Shown: in pieces, positions 1 to 8,562 of the stretch
Layout: each line of letters starts with the position of its first letter
How positions within the stretch are numbered: the stretch's first letter is position 1
DNA from: an uncultured Methanosarcinales archaeon
GTDB taxonomy: Archaea; Nanobdellota; Nanobdellia; Woesearchaeales; DATGWN01
Length of the DNA stretch: 59,145 nt
NCBI GenBank assembly: GCA_964624275.1
Contig: CAZUXP010000003.1
Span: 1 to 59,145 of the forward strand
Direction of reading: 5' to 3'
Notes under the pieces: model-generated
The model's database searches: none
Seen by the model: only the letters and a program-made list of their open reading frames with translations
Told to the model about the DNA's origin: nothing
Translations under genes and position numbers: made by a program

Positions 1-86
1 AAAATTCCACGAAAGTGTGATATTATTACCAGGATTATTTGTACTAACTTCACCACCAGCAAATACACCAATAACAAGTAAAACTT
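1..86 (-). repeat. Left copy of an ~86-bp imperfect direct repeat. The minus strand encodes ...LLVIGVFAGGEVSTNNPGNNITLSWNF and runs off the window start, with no start codon in the window.
   Basis: Aligns without gaps to 1158-1243. Both ends are near-identical, e.g. ctaacttcaccaccagcaaa and acaagtaaaactt. Confidence 0.6.
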
Positions 87-133
87 AAATAATACAAAAC
101 CCTCTTTCGCAGAGTACTTTTTAAAAAAAATAT

Positions 134-550
134 TTACCAAGAATTATCAATAATATTTTGCATCTGAATAAAAATTTTCTTTGCATCTTCAATTGCAACT
201 TTTGCAGTCTCAAAATCCATTTTACTCCCATAATATGTTAAAGAATTTCGTTTATACCTTAAATCATCAAATATTAGAAATAAGTCGCTTCTTTGTAATT
301 CATCTCGTATATAAAAACCTAAACATTTATGATTCAAAACATTAAATCCTTCAATAAAGCATTTTGCTTGAATAAGTTCCATTATGGAAGAATAGTAGTC
401 TTCAAAAACAAAATTACAATTTTTTGGAGTGACATCAGTAATCACTTCAATCCTGTCTTTTGCTGTTTCATATAACGATTTTGCTCTACTTACATCTTTT
501 GATATGCTTCTTGCAATCGAATCTTTTATACACACATCCCAATTAGTCAT
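134..550 (-). CDS. HEPN-domain protein, partner of the adjacent nucleotidyltransferase (MNT/HEPN toxin-antitoxin type)
   Basis: 138-aa all-helical ORF with an LRYKRNSLTYYG signature resembling the HEPN R-x-x-RN-x3-[HY] region. Its start overlaps the upstream NTase stop by 4 nt. Confidence 0.65.
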   Translation of the reverse strand: MTNWDVCIKDSIARSISKDVSRAKSLYETAKDRIEVITDVTPKNCNFVFEDYYSSIMELIQAKCFIEGFNVLNHKCLGFYIRDELQRSDLFLIFDDLRYKRNSLTYYGSKMDFETAKVAIEDAKKIFIQMQNIIDNSW

Positions 551-1068
551 TTGAAAACCTCTATATGATTATTTAAAACAATCCCATTTAGTATATTATT
601 CTTTAGGTGCGAATTAGGTATTTCTTCGAGTGAAGAATGCTTAAAAACTTGAATGTTTCGTTGTAAGATTTCTTCAAAAGATTTTAGCGAAAGCGATTTA
701 TTTGAAGGCGTTTGTATATATAAGTCTATATCACTTGCTTCTGTATCTTCGCCTTTAGCAAATGAACCAAATAAAATAATAACTGGATTACTTAAATGTG
801 TTTTAAGATATTCTATAAGTTTAGATTCATAAAGAGATTCTATATTAAACAACTTTTTTTGTAATAAAAATGACTCGTTTTCAACATTTGCAGTATAATA
901 ACGAACGGTTCCAATCTCATAAGTAGTAAGAATATGTTCGTCTTCTAATTCTTTACAATATCGTATTATAGAAGGAAGTGATATGTTAAGATCTCTTTCT
1001 AATTCCCTTACTCGCTTTTTTGCAGTGGGATTTCTAAAAAAGAACTGCTTGATATTTATTTTATTCAT
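547..1068 (-). CDS. Minimal nucleotidyltransferase (MNT, Pol-beta superfamily) with an N-terminal winged-helix-like region
   Basis: LFGSFAKGEDTEASDIDLYI matches the G-S-x(n)-D-x-D NTase motif. N-terminal RELERDLNISLPSIIRYCKELE looks HTH-like. Coupled to the HEPN ORF. Confidence 0.75.
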   Translation of the reverse strand: MNKINIKQFFFRNPTAKKRVRELERDLNISLPSIIRYCKELEDEHILTTYEIGTVRYYTANVENESFLLQKKLFNIESLYESKLIEYLKTHLSNPVIILFGSFAKGEDTEASDIDLYIQTPSNKSLSLKSFEEILQRNIQVFKHSSLEEIPNSHLKNNILNGIVLNNHIEVFK

Positions 1069-1139
1069 TCGATAATCATAATTATCAAACGATATTTAAA
1101 GTTATCGTTTTTTCAACATATCATTCTACACCTAAATAT

Positions 1140-1325
1140 TCATAAATATCCCCCCGAGAAATTCCAAGAAAGAGTTATATTGTCTCCATTAAAAACTTCA
1201 CTAACTTCACCACCAGCAAACACACTAATCACAAGTAAAACTTTAGTAGCATAAAACATAGAAACATATGAAGCATTAACTCTGTTACCCATGCTAGAAC
1301 AACACGCACTTAAAAAAGCATGCAA
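1140..1325 (-). pseudogene. Short ORF, possibly a truncated paralog of the ORF at the window start. The likely real start is the internal MFYATKVLLVISVFAGGEVS..., giving 39 aa.
   Basis: Contains the right repeat copy. Hydrophobic signal-like N-terminus, then a premature stop relative to the left copy. Confidence 0.3.
1158..1243 (-). repeat. Right copy of the ~86-bp imperfect direct repeat bracketing the MNT/HEPN cassette
   Basis: Gap-free alignment to 1-86. Encodes KVLLVISVFAGGEVSEVFNGDNITLSWNF versus LLVIGVFAGGEVSTNNPGNNITLSWNF. Confidence 0.6.
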
Positions 1326-1326
1326 T

Positions 1327-1695
1327 CTACTCGATATTTTCTGACCAACCTAACCGTTCGAGATTTGACAAAGAATAGTATGACGATACACCTAAGATAT
1401 AATATTCCTTTTGACAGACAAAACATTCCGTACACACACGAGATTCACGCATCACCATAAACACATTTTCAAACAAAATATCATGTTCTTGACTATAATA
1501 CATCAACACACGATCTTGAATAGATAATGTTTGATAAAAAGTTTCATTCATATCATTTATCCAAACATCCCACGGGTCCTCAACACATTGAGTTGGAGAA
1601 AACTGTAATAAAACTGTTTGTGATTGAGTATTTTCAAAAGAACTGCAGCCTATCAAAAAAATACATATCACACAAATAAGCATTATGATTTTCAT
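1327..1695 (-). CDS. Small secreted or lipoprotein-like protein, function unknown
   Basis: N-terminal MKIIMLICVICIFLIGCSS is a hydrophobic signal with a lipobox-like LIGC. Cys-rich mature part. The start overlaps the upstream gene stop by 4 nt. Confidence 0.5.
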   Translation of the reverse strand: MKIIMLICVICIFLIGCSSFENTQSQTVLLQFSPTQCVEDPWDVWINDMNETFYQTLSIQDRVLMYYSQEHDILFENVFMVMRESRVCTECFVCQKEYYILGVSSYYSLSNLERLGWSENIE

Positions 1696-3089
1696 GTTCT
1701 TTGTTGTTGTTGTGCGTATTTATAAATTAATTGGACATGATGAATTGACCGACGACCAACTTGACTAAACCAATGAGAATTTTTGGCTTCATATGCTGCG
1801 CGTTCATAATCATGTCGATTAAATGCGTCAATCATATTTGTAAATGTTTGAAAGCTTGCCTCGCCCATATTATACATCATATCAATTAGAACCATCTGTA
1901 TTTCAAAGGGCAATTCATCAAATGTTTGAATATGTTTTCTAACAAGTTGCAGAGAATGTGTTAATTCAACAAATAATAAATATCGAGCCTGATCATGCGT
2001 AATACTCACCCTTTTTTGTAATAAATCATCCTTTGAAAGACTTAACTTTCTCAGTGAATCACGCAATGTTGTTTTATTATCAAGAAGTGTTCCATAGCCA
2101 ATAGCATAAAAATGACCTTTTTTCGTTCTATCTTTGTATGCATAAGATTTGAATCCTTCCCATTTTTTTACAAAATCAATAAGTTTCTCTAAATTATTCT
2201 CAGAAAAACCCTGTTGGCGTTGTACTTTTTCACGAGCATACAACACATCTCCATCTTTTGCAACAATATATCCAAATCCACGTTGATTATTCTGTGAAAT
2301 CACTATTTCATACCACACACGAGATCCTTGCGTATATGTACCTGTTACGGTTACATCTGTATGAGAAATACTAGTTAAAATGTGAGAATGTTCAAGAGAT
2401 GGAGATGACCGAACTCGTAAGTTTGACGCATAAACAACTGCAGCAAACGGCTTAATCTTCTGAATCATTTCATGTTGAACTCGTTGTTCGTATAATGGTT
2501 GACTCTGCGCCAAAGCATTGGTTGTTACAATACTCAATGCACACAAACAAATAGCACAAAAACGTGCAAAAGTTTGTCCGATACTAGTTTGAGTTAACAC
2601 CGCAATATATAATTTTTTTGGCGAGAATTTTTGAGCTTGCAAACTAATAGACTCAATGCAATTTTGAATATTTTGTATCAATAAAACTTCTTCTTTTCGA
2701 AATTTATAAAATGAATCTGAATCATTTTTTTGTAAACACCGAATTTGCTGAGCTCCAAATTGTTTATACGATTGAATATATTCATACACAGTTAGCAAAC
2801 ACTCATCAACATGAACTAAAAACAAAAACGGTGAAGATTCGTGTTTTTCATCTAAAGCTAAAATTTTTCGTTCTTTTTTTGCAATAATACGACGTATTTG
2901 TGGTATTTTTTTAAGAAGTATATCAATAAATGGAAATTCTTCCTGTGATATAAACGTAGCAAACTCAGAACTTTTTTTGGGTAAATCGGCAACATACTCT
3001 GATTTTTTTTGTAAAAGTGTTTGAGACTGTAAAAGTGTTTGCTCAAATTGTTTTTGCAAATTCTGTGGTGTAAATGAAAATAACTTCAT
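1692..3089 (-). CDS. Membrane-anchored protein with an SH3b-like domain and a C-terminal GH24 (T4/lambda-type) lysozyme-like domain
   Basis: KKWEGFKSYAYKDRTKKGHFYAIGYG matches the lysozyme E...D...[TA]-IGYG catalytic region. LRVRSSPS...GSRVWYEIV...GYIVAKD is SH3b-like. One TM segment (FARFCAICLCALSIVTTNALA) follows a ~170-aa N-terminal region. Confidence 0.7.
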   Translation of the reverse strand: MKLFSFTPQNLQKQFEQTLLQSQTLLQKKSEYVADLPKKSSEFATFISQEEFPFIDILLKKIPQIRRIIAKKERKILALDEKHESSPFLFLVHVDECLLTVYEYIQSYKQFGAQQIRCLQKNDSDSFYKFRKEEVLLIQNIQNCIESISLQAQKFSPKKLYIAVLTQTSIGQTFARFCAICLCALSIVTTNALAQSQPLYEQRVQHEMIQKIKPFAAVVYASNLRVRSSPSLEHSHILTSISHTDVTVTGTYTQGSRVWYEIVISQNNQRGFGYIVAKDGDVLYAREKVQRQQGFSENNLEKLIDFVKKWEGFKSYAYKDRTKKGHFYAIGYGTLLDNKTTLRDSLRKLSLSKDDLLQKRVSITHDQARYLLFVELTHSLQLVRKHIQTFDELPFEIQMVLIDMMYNMGEASFQTFTNMIDAFNRHDYERAAYEAKNSHWFSQVGRRSIHHVQLIYKYAQQQQRT

Positions 3090-3188
3090 AATTATAGTAA
3101 CTAATACTCCTCTATTAAAAATATTTTGAATTCAAACCTAAAAAAACAAGTCAAAACTTATATAAAGACTAACCATAACCCAAAATCT

Positions 3189-3416
3189 ATGAACAAATTA
3201 TACAAAAGTAACGATAATAATGTATTCTCAGGTGTCTGTGGAGGTATTGGCGAATATTTTGATATCGATCCTGTTATCATTCGAATCATTTTTATCCTAT
3301 TTGCAATTTTCACTGTATTTATTCCAACACTTTTGGTTTACATCATCTTAATTATTATAATTCCGAATAAACCAAAGGGACCGATTAATATCACACCAAA
3401 AAAATTAAAAAAATGA
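3189..3416 (+). CDS. PspC-domain membrane protein
   Basis: NKLYKSNDNNVFSGVCGGIGEYFDIDPVIIRIIFILF is the PspC signature. The ATG at 3189 is preferred over the TTG at 3126 used by the ORF track. Confidence 0.7.
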   Translation: MNKLYKSNDNNVFSGVCGGIGEYFDIDPVIIRIIFILFAIFTVFIPTLLVYIILIIIIPNKPKGPINITPKKLKK

Positions 3417-3997
3417 ATACAGTAAGACTTTTCATAGGTGTTTTTTTTGAAAAACAAACATTTCAAACAATTGCACTATTTCTATTCTCACTTGTTTTAT
3501 CAAATATCTATCTGTTACTTTTTATTATCGGACTTGGTATTGGAACTGGAACGCTCTTGTACGCCATCGGAATTTTTATTTTACTTGCAACATTTTTTCT
3601 CATATATCAAATTGGTAATTTTGAACGATTCATACATAAGATAAAACGCGAAAAAACAAAAAAGTTTACTTCAACAATTTCTTATATACAACAAGCATTT
3701 TTGACAAAACGCTACGCAAAAACATGGTTATTTCTCCTTACTAAAATTTTGCTCTATCACGCAATTGCAGGAATCGTTATACTTTGCATATATGTCGGAT
3801 CATACTATCTTGCCATACCATTTATTTATCTCACATTACAAGATGAAATTCTTCGAACAAGTTTATTTATCATAGATACACATATTAAAGCAATGTTATT
3901 TGGGATCATCGGATATGTATTATTTTTAGTAAGTATCTACCTCATAAAACTCGCAGTACATACAGAAAAACTTCTCACACAATTGTTACACAATTAA
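3413..3997 (+). CDS. Polytopic membrane protein coupled to the PspC-domain gene
   Basis: Several hydrophobic helices and an ATGA overlap with the upstream stop. Confidence 0.5.
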   Translation: MNTVRLFIGVFFEKQTFQTIALFLFSLVLSNIYLLLFIIGLGIGTGTLLYAIGIFILLATFFLIYQIGNFERFIHKIKREKTKKFTSTISYIQQAFLTKRYAKTWLFLLTKILLYHAIAGIVILCIYVGSYYLAIPFIYLTLQDEILRTSLFIIDTHIKAMLFGIIGYVLFLVSIYLIKLAVHTEKLLTQLLHN

Positions 3998-5929
3998 TAT
4001 TGGTGTATCACTCCGAATTCCATAAACATACACATAACTCCAAAATAATCTTTTTTGCACAACAACATTAACTTGAAATCCACATTCTGAAAATACATGT
4101 TTAATATTTTCTGGGGTTGTTAGCCAATGTTGATTTGGAATAAGGTGAAAAAAATTTTGAAAATCAAAAAAACAAACTCGACCACCAATTTTTATGACAT
4201 CACGTAACTTACTTAAAATTTGATATGGGTCTTCTAAAAAACTTAACGTATCAATTGAAACAACTGCATCAACCGTATCTGTAATTGATTCATGAAGCGT
4301 GTAATGGTATTCGTGGTGATGTAGTACAATTAACTCACCTTTTATTCGTTCTATTGAATCCCATTTTGGATTTTCAAGTCGTTTTTGTAAAATCTGTAAT
4401 TCAGTTTGTGAATTATTAATCGTGATAACTTTACCCGATGAGCCAACATTAACAATAAGATGTTGCGTCAGTGTTCCAACACTTCCCCCATATTCTAAAA
4501 CCGTTTTTGCAGTTATATCACCCAGATATGAAATAATTTCTTTTTGTATTTTTTTTGGGATAAAAACATTTTCAAATAATAACGTATAATATGCCGTAGC
4601 ATTTTTCATATTTTGACTAAATTGTGAATCATTATAGACTTTAACTAAAAAATAAACTGGGATGCCAATTGATAAAAATGAACCAGCTAATAATAACAGT
4701 TTTGGTGCATGTGGATCAGTAAATGACCAATATAACACCATTGTTAAAAATAATACAATTAAAATTATTGGTCCAATTTTTGCAAAAGGAACACGAAAAT
4801 GCCTTATAAGTTCAGGTTTACGTATCCGTAATAATACAACGGCAAACACAATAAAAGAATACAAAATTAATACTAATGGCACAAGCATATGCAACAATGT
4901 TTCATATGAACCTGCACCTGCAATAATAAATGTAATAATTAAAATCGTTTGAAATAAAATCGCATTTGATGGCGTTTTATATTTCGGCGAAATTTTTGCT
5001 AATTGACGTATAAATAATTTATCTTCAGCTAATGCAAGCAATAAACGCGGTGCACTTACAACCCAACCGGCAACTGAACCAATAATTGCTAAATATACTA
5101 ACAACGCAAACACTGTTGAAAATCCATCTCCATAATAAAACAATCCTAAATCAGAAAGTGGTGCAGCACTTAAACCAAACTCCTGCCAAGGTATTGCACC
5201 TAATGAAAACAACACAAAGCAAAAACAAATAATTGAAATAATAATTGTTGATATGAATAATGCCTTTGGAACAACTTTTTCACCATCAATAGTTTCTCCT
5301 GCTAAAAATGTCGCAGTTTCCCATCCAAAAAATGTTTCTGCAATTAAATAAATTGTTAATAAAATTCCACCCGTACCAACAACAAAAAATGGGCTTAAAT
5401 AGGATGATTCAAATGTAAATACACCTGGTATTGTGAGTGAAATTATAGTCGTCAGAGTTATAATTGAAAATGCAACAAGCATCGTAGAACTTGTTTCCAT
5501 ACCTCTGTATGTAATATAATTAAAAACTAAAATAAGAACTATCGAAAATCCGATAACAACCCATGCATCTATTGTTTGGGGTAATAAATACGAAATTGCG
5601 CCAATCATTAGCATCGCAATTGTAATATATCCAACAATCATAGAAGTCCAACCAATAAAAAAAGACACGGTTCTTCCATATACTTGTTTGGCAAATTCAT
5701 AGATTCCACCAGATTTTGGAAACATACTCGTTAATTCTGCAAAACACATAGAAGTATAAATTGCTATTGCAGACATAACAGCCCACGCAATAAGTGATGA
5801 TGGTCCACTAATACTTGCACCCACAGCAGGTAAAAAGAAAATACCAGTACCCATTATCGAATTAATTGTAATGAGAAGGATTGTTTTATATCCTAATACT
5901 TTTTGTAACTCCTCTTTTTTTTCAACCAT
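3986..5929 (-). CDS. APC-family amino-acid/polyamine permease fused to a C-terminal class I SAM-methyltransferase-like domain
   Basis: About 12 TM helices with an APC-like N-terminus (GTGIFFLPA). The C-terminal ~200 aa carry VLEYGGSVG (motif I-like), DAVVSIDTL and IKIGGRVCFFD. Confidence 0.75.
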   Translation of the reverse strand: MVEKKEELQKVLGYKTILLITINSIMGTGIFFLPAVGASISGPSSLIAWAVMSAIAIYTSMCFAELTSMFPKSGGIYEFAKQVYGRTVSFFIGWTSMIVGYITIAMLMIGAISYLLPQTIDAWVVIGFSIVLILVFNYITYRGMETSSTMLVAFSIITLTTIISLTIPGVFTFESSYLSPFFVVGTGGILLTIYLIAETFFGWETATFLAGETIDGEKVVPKALFISTIIISIICFCFVLFSLGAIPWQEFGLSAAPLSDLGLFYYGDGFSTVFALLVYLAIIGSVAGWVVSAPRLLLALAEDKLFIRQLAKISPKYKTPSNAILFQTILIITFIIAGAGSYETLLHMLVPLVLILYSFIVFAVVLLRIRKPELIRHFRVPFAKIGPIILIVLFLTMVLYWSFTDPHAPKLLLLAGSFLSIGIPVYFLVKVYNDSQFSQNMKNATAYYTLLFENVFIPKKIQKEIISYLGDITAKTVLEYGGSVGTLTQHLIVNVGSSGKVITINNSQTELQILQKRLENPKWDSIERIKGELIVLHHHEYHYTLHESITDTVDAVVSIDTLSFLEDPYQILSKLRDVIKIGGRVCFFDFQNFFHLIPNQHWLTTPENIKHVFSECGFQVNVVVQKRLFWSYVYVYGIRSDTPILIV

Positions 5930-5986
5930 ATAATAAACCTTATAGACATACGAAAACTTATAAATGTTTATGCTTTTATCTTTAAA

Positions 5987-6148
5987 ATGAACAAACTCAA
6001 AATCGCAGATATTAGTGTACTGAGTATTACTGTGATTAATTTTATTGGGTTTTTTACAACCATTATCCCACCTGTATACTTTTTAAGTATTTTAGCTGTT
6101 TGTGCACTGTATACGTATGGTATTCGAACAAAATTTGTAAAAAAATAA
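5987..6148 (+). CDS. Possible 53-aa two-TM membrane peptide, not in the ORF track
   Basis: ATG...TAA ORF encoding MNKLKIADISVLSITVINFIGFFTTIIPPVYFLSILAVCALYTYGIRTKFVKK in an otherwise empty 226-bp gap. Confidence 0.25.
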   Translation: MNKLKIADISVLSITVINFIGFFTTIIPPVYFLSILAVCALYTYGIRTKFVKK

Positions 6149-6155
6149 AAATCAC

Positions 6156-7130
6156 TTAAATCGTGATCTGAGTTTTTTGTTCTGGAATAAGTGAAATAGA
6201 TGAACCAATCCCTTTACCCATTTCATAAAAACTCTGTGATATCATTGAAAATACTGCTTCAAAAAATGTTGGTTGACGAGTATAACTTACAAGATTGACT
6301 GTTGCATTCAATTGTTTTTCTAAGTGTGTAATTGCGTCATTTTTTGAACCTATTTCATCAATTAATCCTATTTCTAGAGCTTGTACTCCTGAATAAAACA
6401 TTCCATCAGCCAAATCTAACACTTCTTGTTGCGACATATTTCGATTTTGCGAAACTTCCATAACAAACACATCATATAGTGAATCTAATACTGATTGAAA
6501 ATGTTGACGTTGTTCATCAGTTGGCGAAACAAATGGTGAACCAAAATCTTTATTCTCACCAGCAACAAAACGTTGATAGGAAATATTATATTGATCGATA
6601 AATTCTGAAAAGTCTAAAAATCCAGATAATACCCCAATTGATCCAACTGCTGATAATCGGTTTGCATAAATATAATCAGTTGATGATGCAATCCAATATG
6701 ATGCCGAAGTTCCCATCTCACGAATATATGAAACAGTCGGTTTATCTAATTGTGCGATTGCACGAGATATTTCATCAGCAGCCACTCCGCTTCCACCCGG
6801 TGAATTAATTTCAAAAATGATACCTTTTATTTTTTTATCATCACCAATACGTTCTAAAATACTCACAATTTGTTCTGAAGAAGTAGATTGTGTGCCTCCA
6901 AATAGAGATGATTGAGATTGCGTCAGAATTGTCCCATCAATTTTGATAAATGCAACATTTAATTGAGATGAACTAAATGAGCTTTCAGCACTTGCTGAAA
7001 ATGAAGATATAAATACTAACAAAACAACTGGTAGTATAACAAATAAACCAATAATACCAATAACTATTATTGTAATTAAACCCCATACAGGAATTTTTTT
7101 TTTTTGAGAAGATTCTTTTTGTGAAGTCAT
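6156..7130 (-). CDS. sppA: Signal peptide peptidase SppA (S49 family, 36K type)
   Basis: IIFEINSPGGSGVAADEI and GTSASYWIA motifs with an N-terminal TM anchor. Confidence 0.8.
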   Translation of the reverse strand: MTSQKESSQKKKIPVWGLITIIVIGIIGLFVILPVVLLVFISSFSASAESSFSSSQLNVAFIKIDGTILTQSQSSLFGGTQSTSSEQIVSILERIGDDKKIKGIIFEINSPGGSGVAADEISRAIAQLDKPTVSYIREMGTSASYWIASSTDYIYANRLSAVGSIGVLSGFLDFSEFIDQYNISYQRFVAGENKDFGSPFVSPTDEQRQHFQSVLDSLYDVFVMEVSQNRNMSQQEVLDLADGMFYSGVQALEIGLIDEIGSKNDAITHLEKQLNATVNLVSYTRQPTFFEAVFSMISQSFYEMGKGIGSSISLIPEQKTQITI

Positions 7131-7154
7131 ATGACACCTTTATTATACAATAAA

Positions 7155-7227
7155 TGAGCCCGCCCGGATTTGAACCGGGAACATCCGCCTTGTAAGGGCA
7201 GCGTTATAACCGTTAAACCACGGGCTC
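7155..7227 (-). tRNA. tRNA-Val (anticodon UAC)
   Basis: Cloverleaf on the minus strand: acceptor GAGCCCG/CGGGCTC, anticodon stem CTGCC/GGCGG with loop CTTACAA, T arm CCCGG-TTCAAAT-CCGGG. Confidence 0.9.
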
Positions 7228-7256
7228 GAATAAACTACTGGTTGAAAAAAGGCGAA

Positions 7257-7266
7257 TATTTATAAA
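7257..7266 (-). promoter_or_regulatory. TATA-like box upstream of tRNA-Val
   Basis: The minus strand reads TTTATAAATA, centred about 34 nt upstream of the tRNA 5' end. Confidence 0.3.
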
Positions 7267-7435
7267 TTTACTGTTTCTGTACATCTATAGTAGACCTTTT
7301 AGGAGTAGTAAAATATATGACAAAAAATAATAATAAAATAAAAACGTGGGATCCCATTAAAAACATAACTGTATCAGCTGCAGTTGGATATACACTTGGC
7401 GATATTCTCGCTAAACTGGGGTTAAAAAGAAAAAA

Positions 7436-7750
7436 ATGAAATTTTTTGAAAAACTACTTACTCAAATTGCAGATCTTGGAGTTTTACTATTTAAACAATC
7501 ACAACTAGAGCAAACAATTCAAGACACAACTAATCGTGTCCTCACTCATGCAAGAATACACACACAGAAAATATTGCGCCAAATCAAACTTCAAATAACA
7601 CAAGGAATACTTGTTCTTTTTGCAATAATTTGTTTGGTAACTGGTAGTATATTATTACTTGGTCGATGGTTTGCACACGACATTATTTTGATTATTTTCG
7701 GACTTGTTTTTGCATACTTAGCTACACTTGTATACATTATGCTAAAATAA
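7436..7750 (+). CDS. Small membrane protein with an N-terminal helix and two TM segments, function unknown
   Basis: 104-aa ORF with hydrophobic segments GILVLFAIICLVTGSILLLG and IILIIFGLVFAYLATLVYIML. Confidence 0.45.
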   Translation: MKFFEKLLTQIADLGVLLFKQSQLEQTIQDTTNRVLTHARIHTQKILRQIKLQITQGILVLFAIICLVTGSILLLGRWFAHDIILIIFGLVFAYLATLVYIMLK

Positions 7751-7799
7751 ATCTTTTCTTATAATAGTTTACGACAAAAAAAGGCACATACATAAAAGT

Positions 7800-7927
7800 G
7801 AGTGATTTTAAACATCTTCAAAACTTTGTATGGTTCTTATAAGTGCTACTGCCCAGCGAGGGATAATCCCCACTAACGCACTCAAAATTATTAGATGAGT
7901 TTTGACCTTGTGATGCAAAAATCACTC
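7800..7927. repeat. Inverted-repeat-bounded 128-bp intergenic element; candidate structured RNA or MITE
   Basis: GAGTGATTTT (7800-7809) is the exact complement of AAAATCACTC (7918-7927). Nested AGTGC/GCACT and GGGAT/ATCCC pairings lie inside. Confidence 0.3.
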
Positions 7928-8077
7928 AAAAATTGTATATGTCAAAAAAACATAACTTTTTGGCGTAAAATCTCAGAATACGCTGATTTATGCATTATTA
8001 CTATCGTAATTCATGATTAAGTTTTATACCATCTCTTATCAACAGCTTTAAAAAGAAACACTTCAATAAATTAATTT

Positions 8078-8533
8078 ATGAGAGCTTTTTTCAAAAAAAT
8101 TCAAGAAAAAACACATCAAACTCTTCTTACTACTGCAACCTCTAATCAAATTGCAGGGAGTTTTGCACTCGGAACCGCTTTAGCTATTCTCCCAACCCCG
8201 GGTTTAAGCATGCTATTTGGTTTATTTTTTTCATTTATCTTCAAAAAAATTCACACATTATCACTTGCGCTTGCATTTATTGTTTGGAATCCATTAATTA
8301 TTGCTCCACTTTACGTCTTAAGCTATCAAATAGGTGATCTTCTTTTTGCAACCAAACCAATATCACCAGTAAATATAGAAGTTGCAACATTTTTTCTTGC
8401 ATTTAGTAGACGATTTATTATTGGAAACATTTTTGTTTCGCTCACACTTGCAACTACTAGTTTTTTTATTCTCAAATATCTCGTTTTACATAAACGAAAA
8501 AAACATCTCAAACTACAAAAGATACAAACATAA
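8078..8533 (+). CDS. DUF2062-like membrane protein
   Basis: SNQIAGSFALGTALAILPTPGL...FIVWNPLIIAPLYVLSYQIGD resembles the DUF2062 pattern, recalled from memory. Confidence 0.5.
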   Translation: MRAFFKKIQEKTHQTLLTTATSNQIAGSFALGTALAILPTPGLSMLFGLFFSFIFKKIHTLSLALAFIVWNPLIIAPLYVLSYQIGDLLFATKPISPVNIEVATFFLAFSRRFIIGNIFVSLTLATTSFFILKYLVLHKRKKHLKLQKIQT

Positions 8534-8545
8534 AAAGATAAAAAA

Positions 8546-8562
8546 TCCATAGAATCTATGGA
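8546..8562. terminator. Palindromic hairpin between convergent genes; candidate bidirectional terminator
   Basis: TCCATAGA-A-TCTATGGA, flanked by a T-run on each transcribed strand. It overlaps the archaellin stop codon. Confidence 0.4.

Noticed and set aside
1-1243. Diversity-generating retroelement (TR/VR) interpretation of the 86-bp repeat pair; also considered for the archaellin variable patch
   Set aside because: The mismatches between the copies are not confined to adenine positions. No reverse transcriptase or Avd-like gene is present anywhere in the window.
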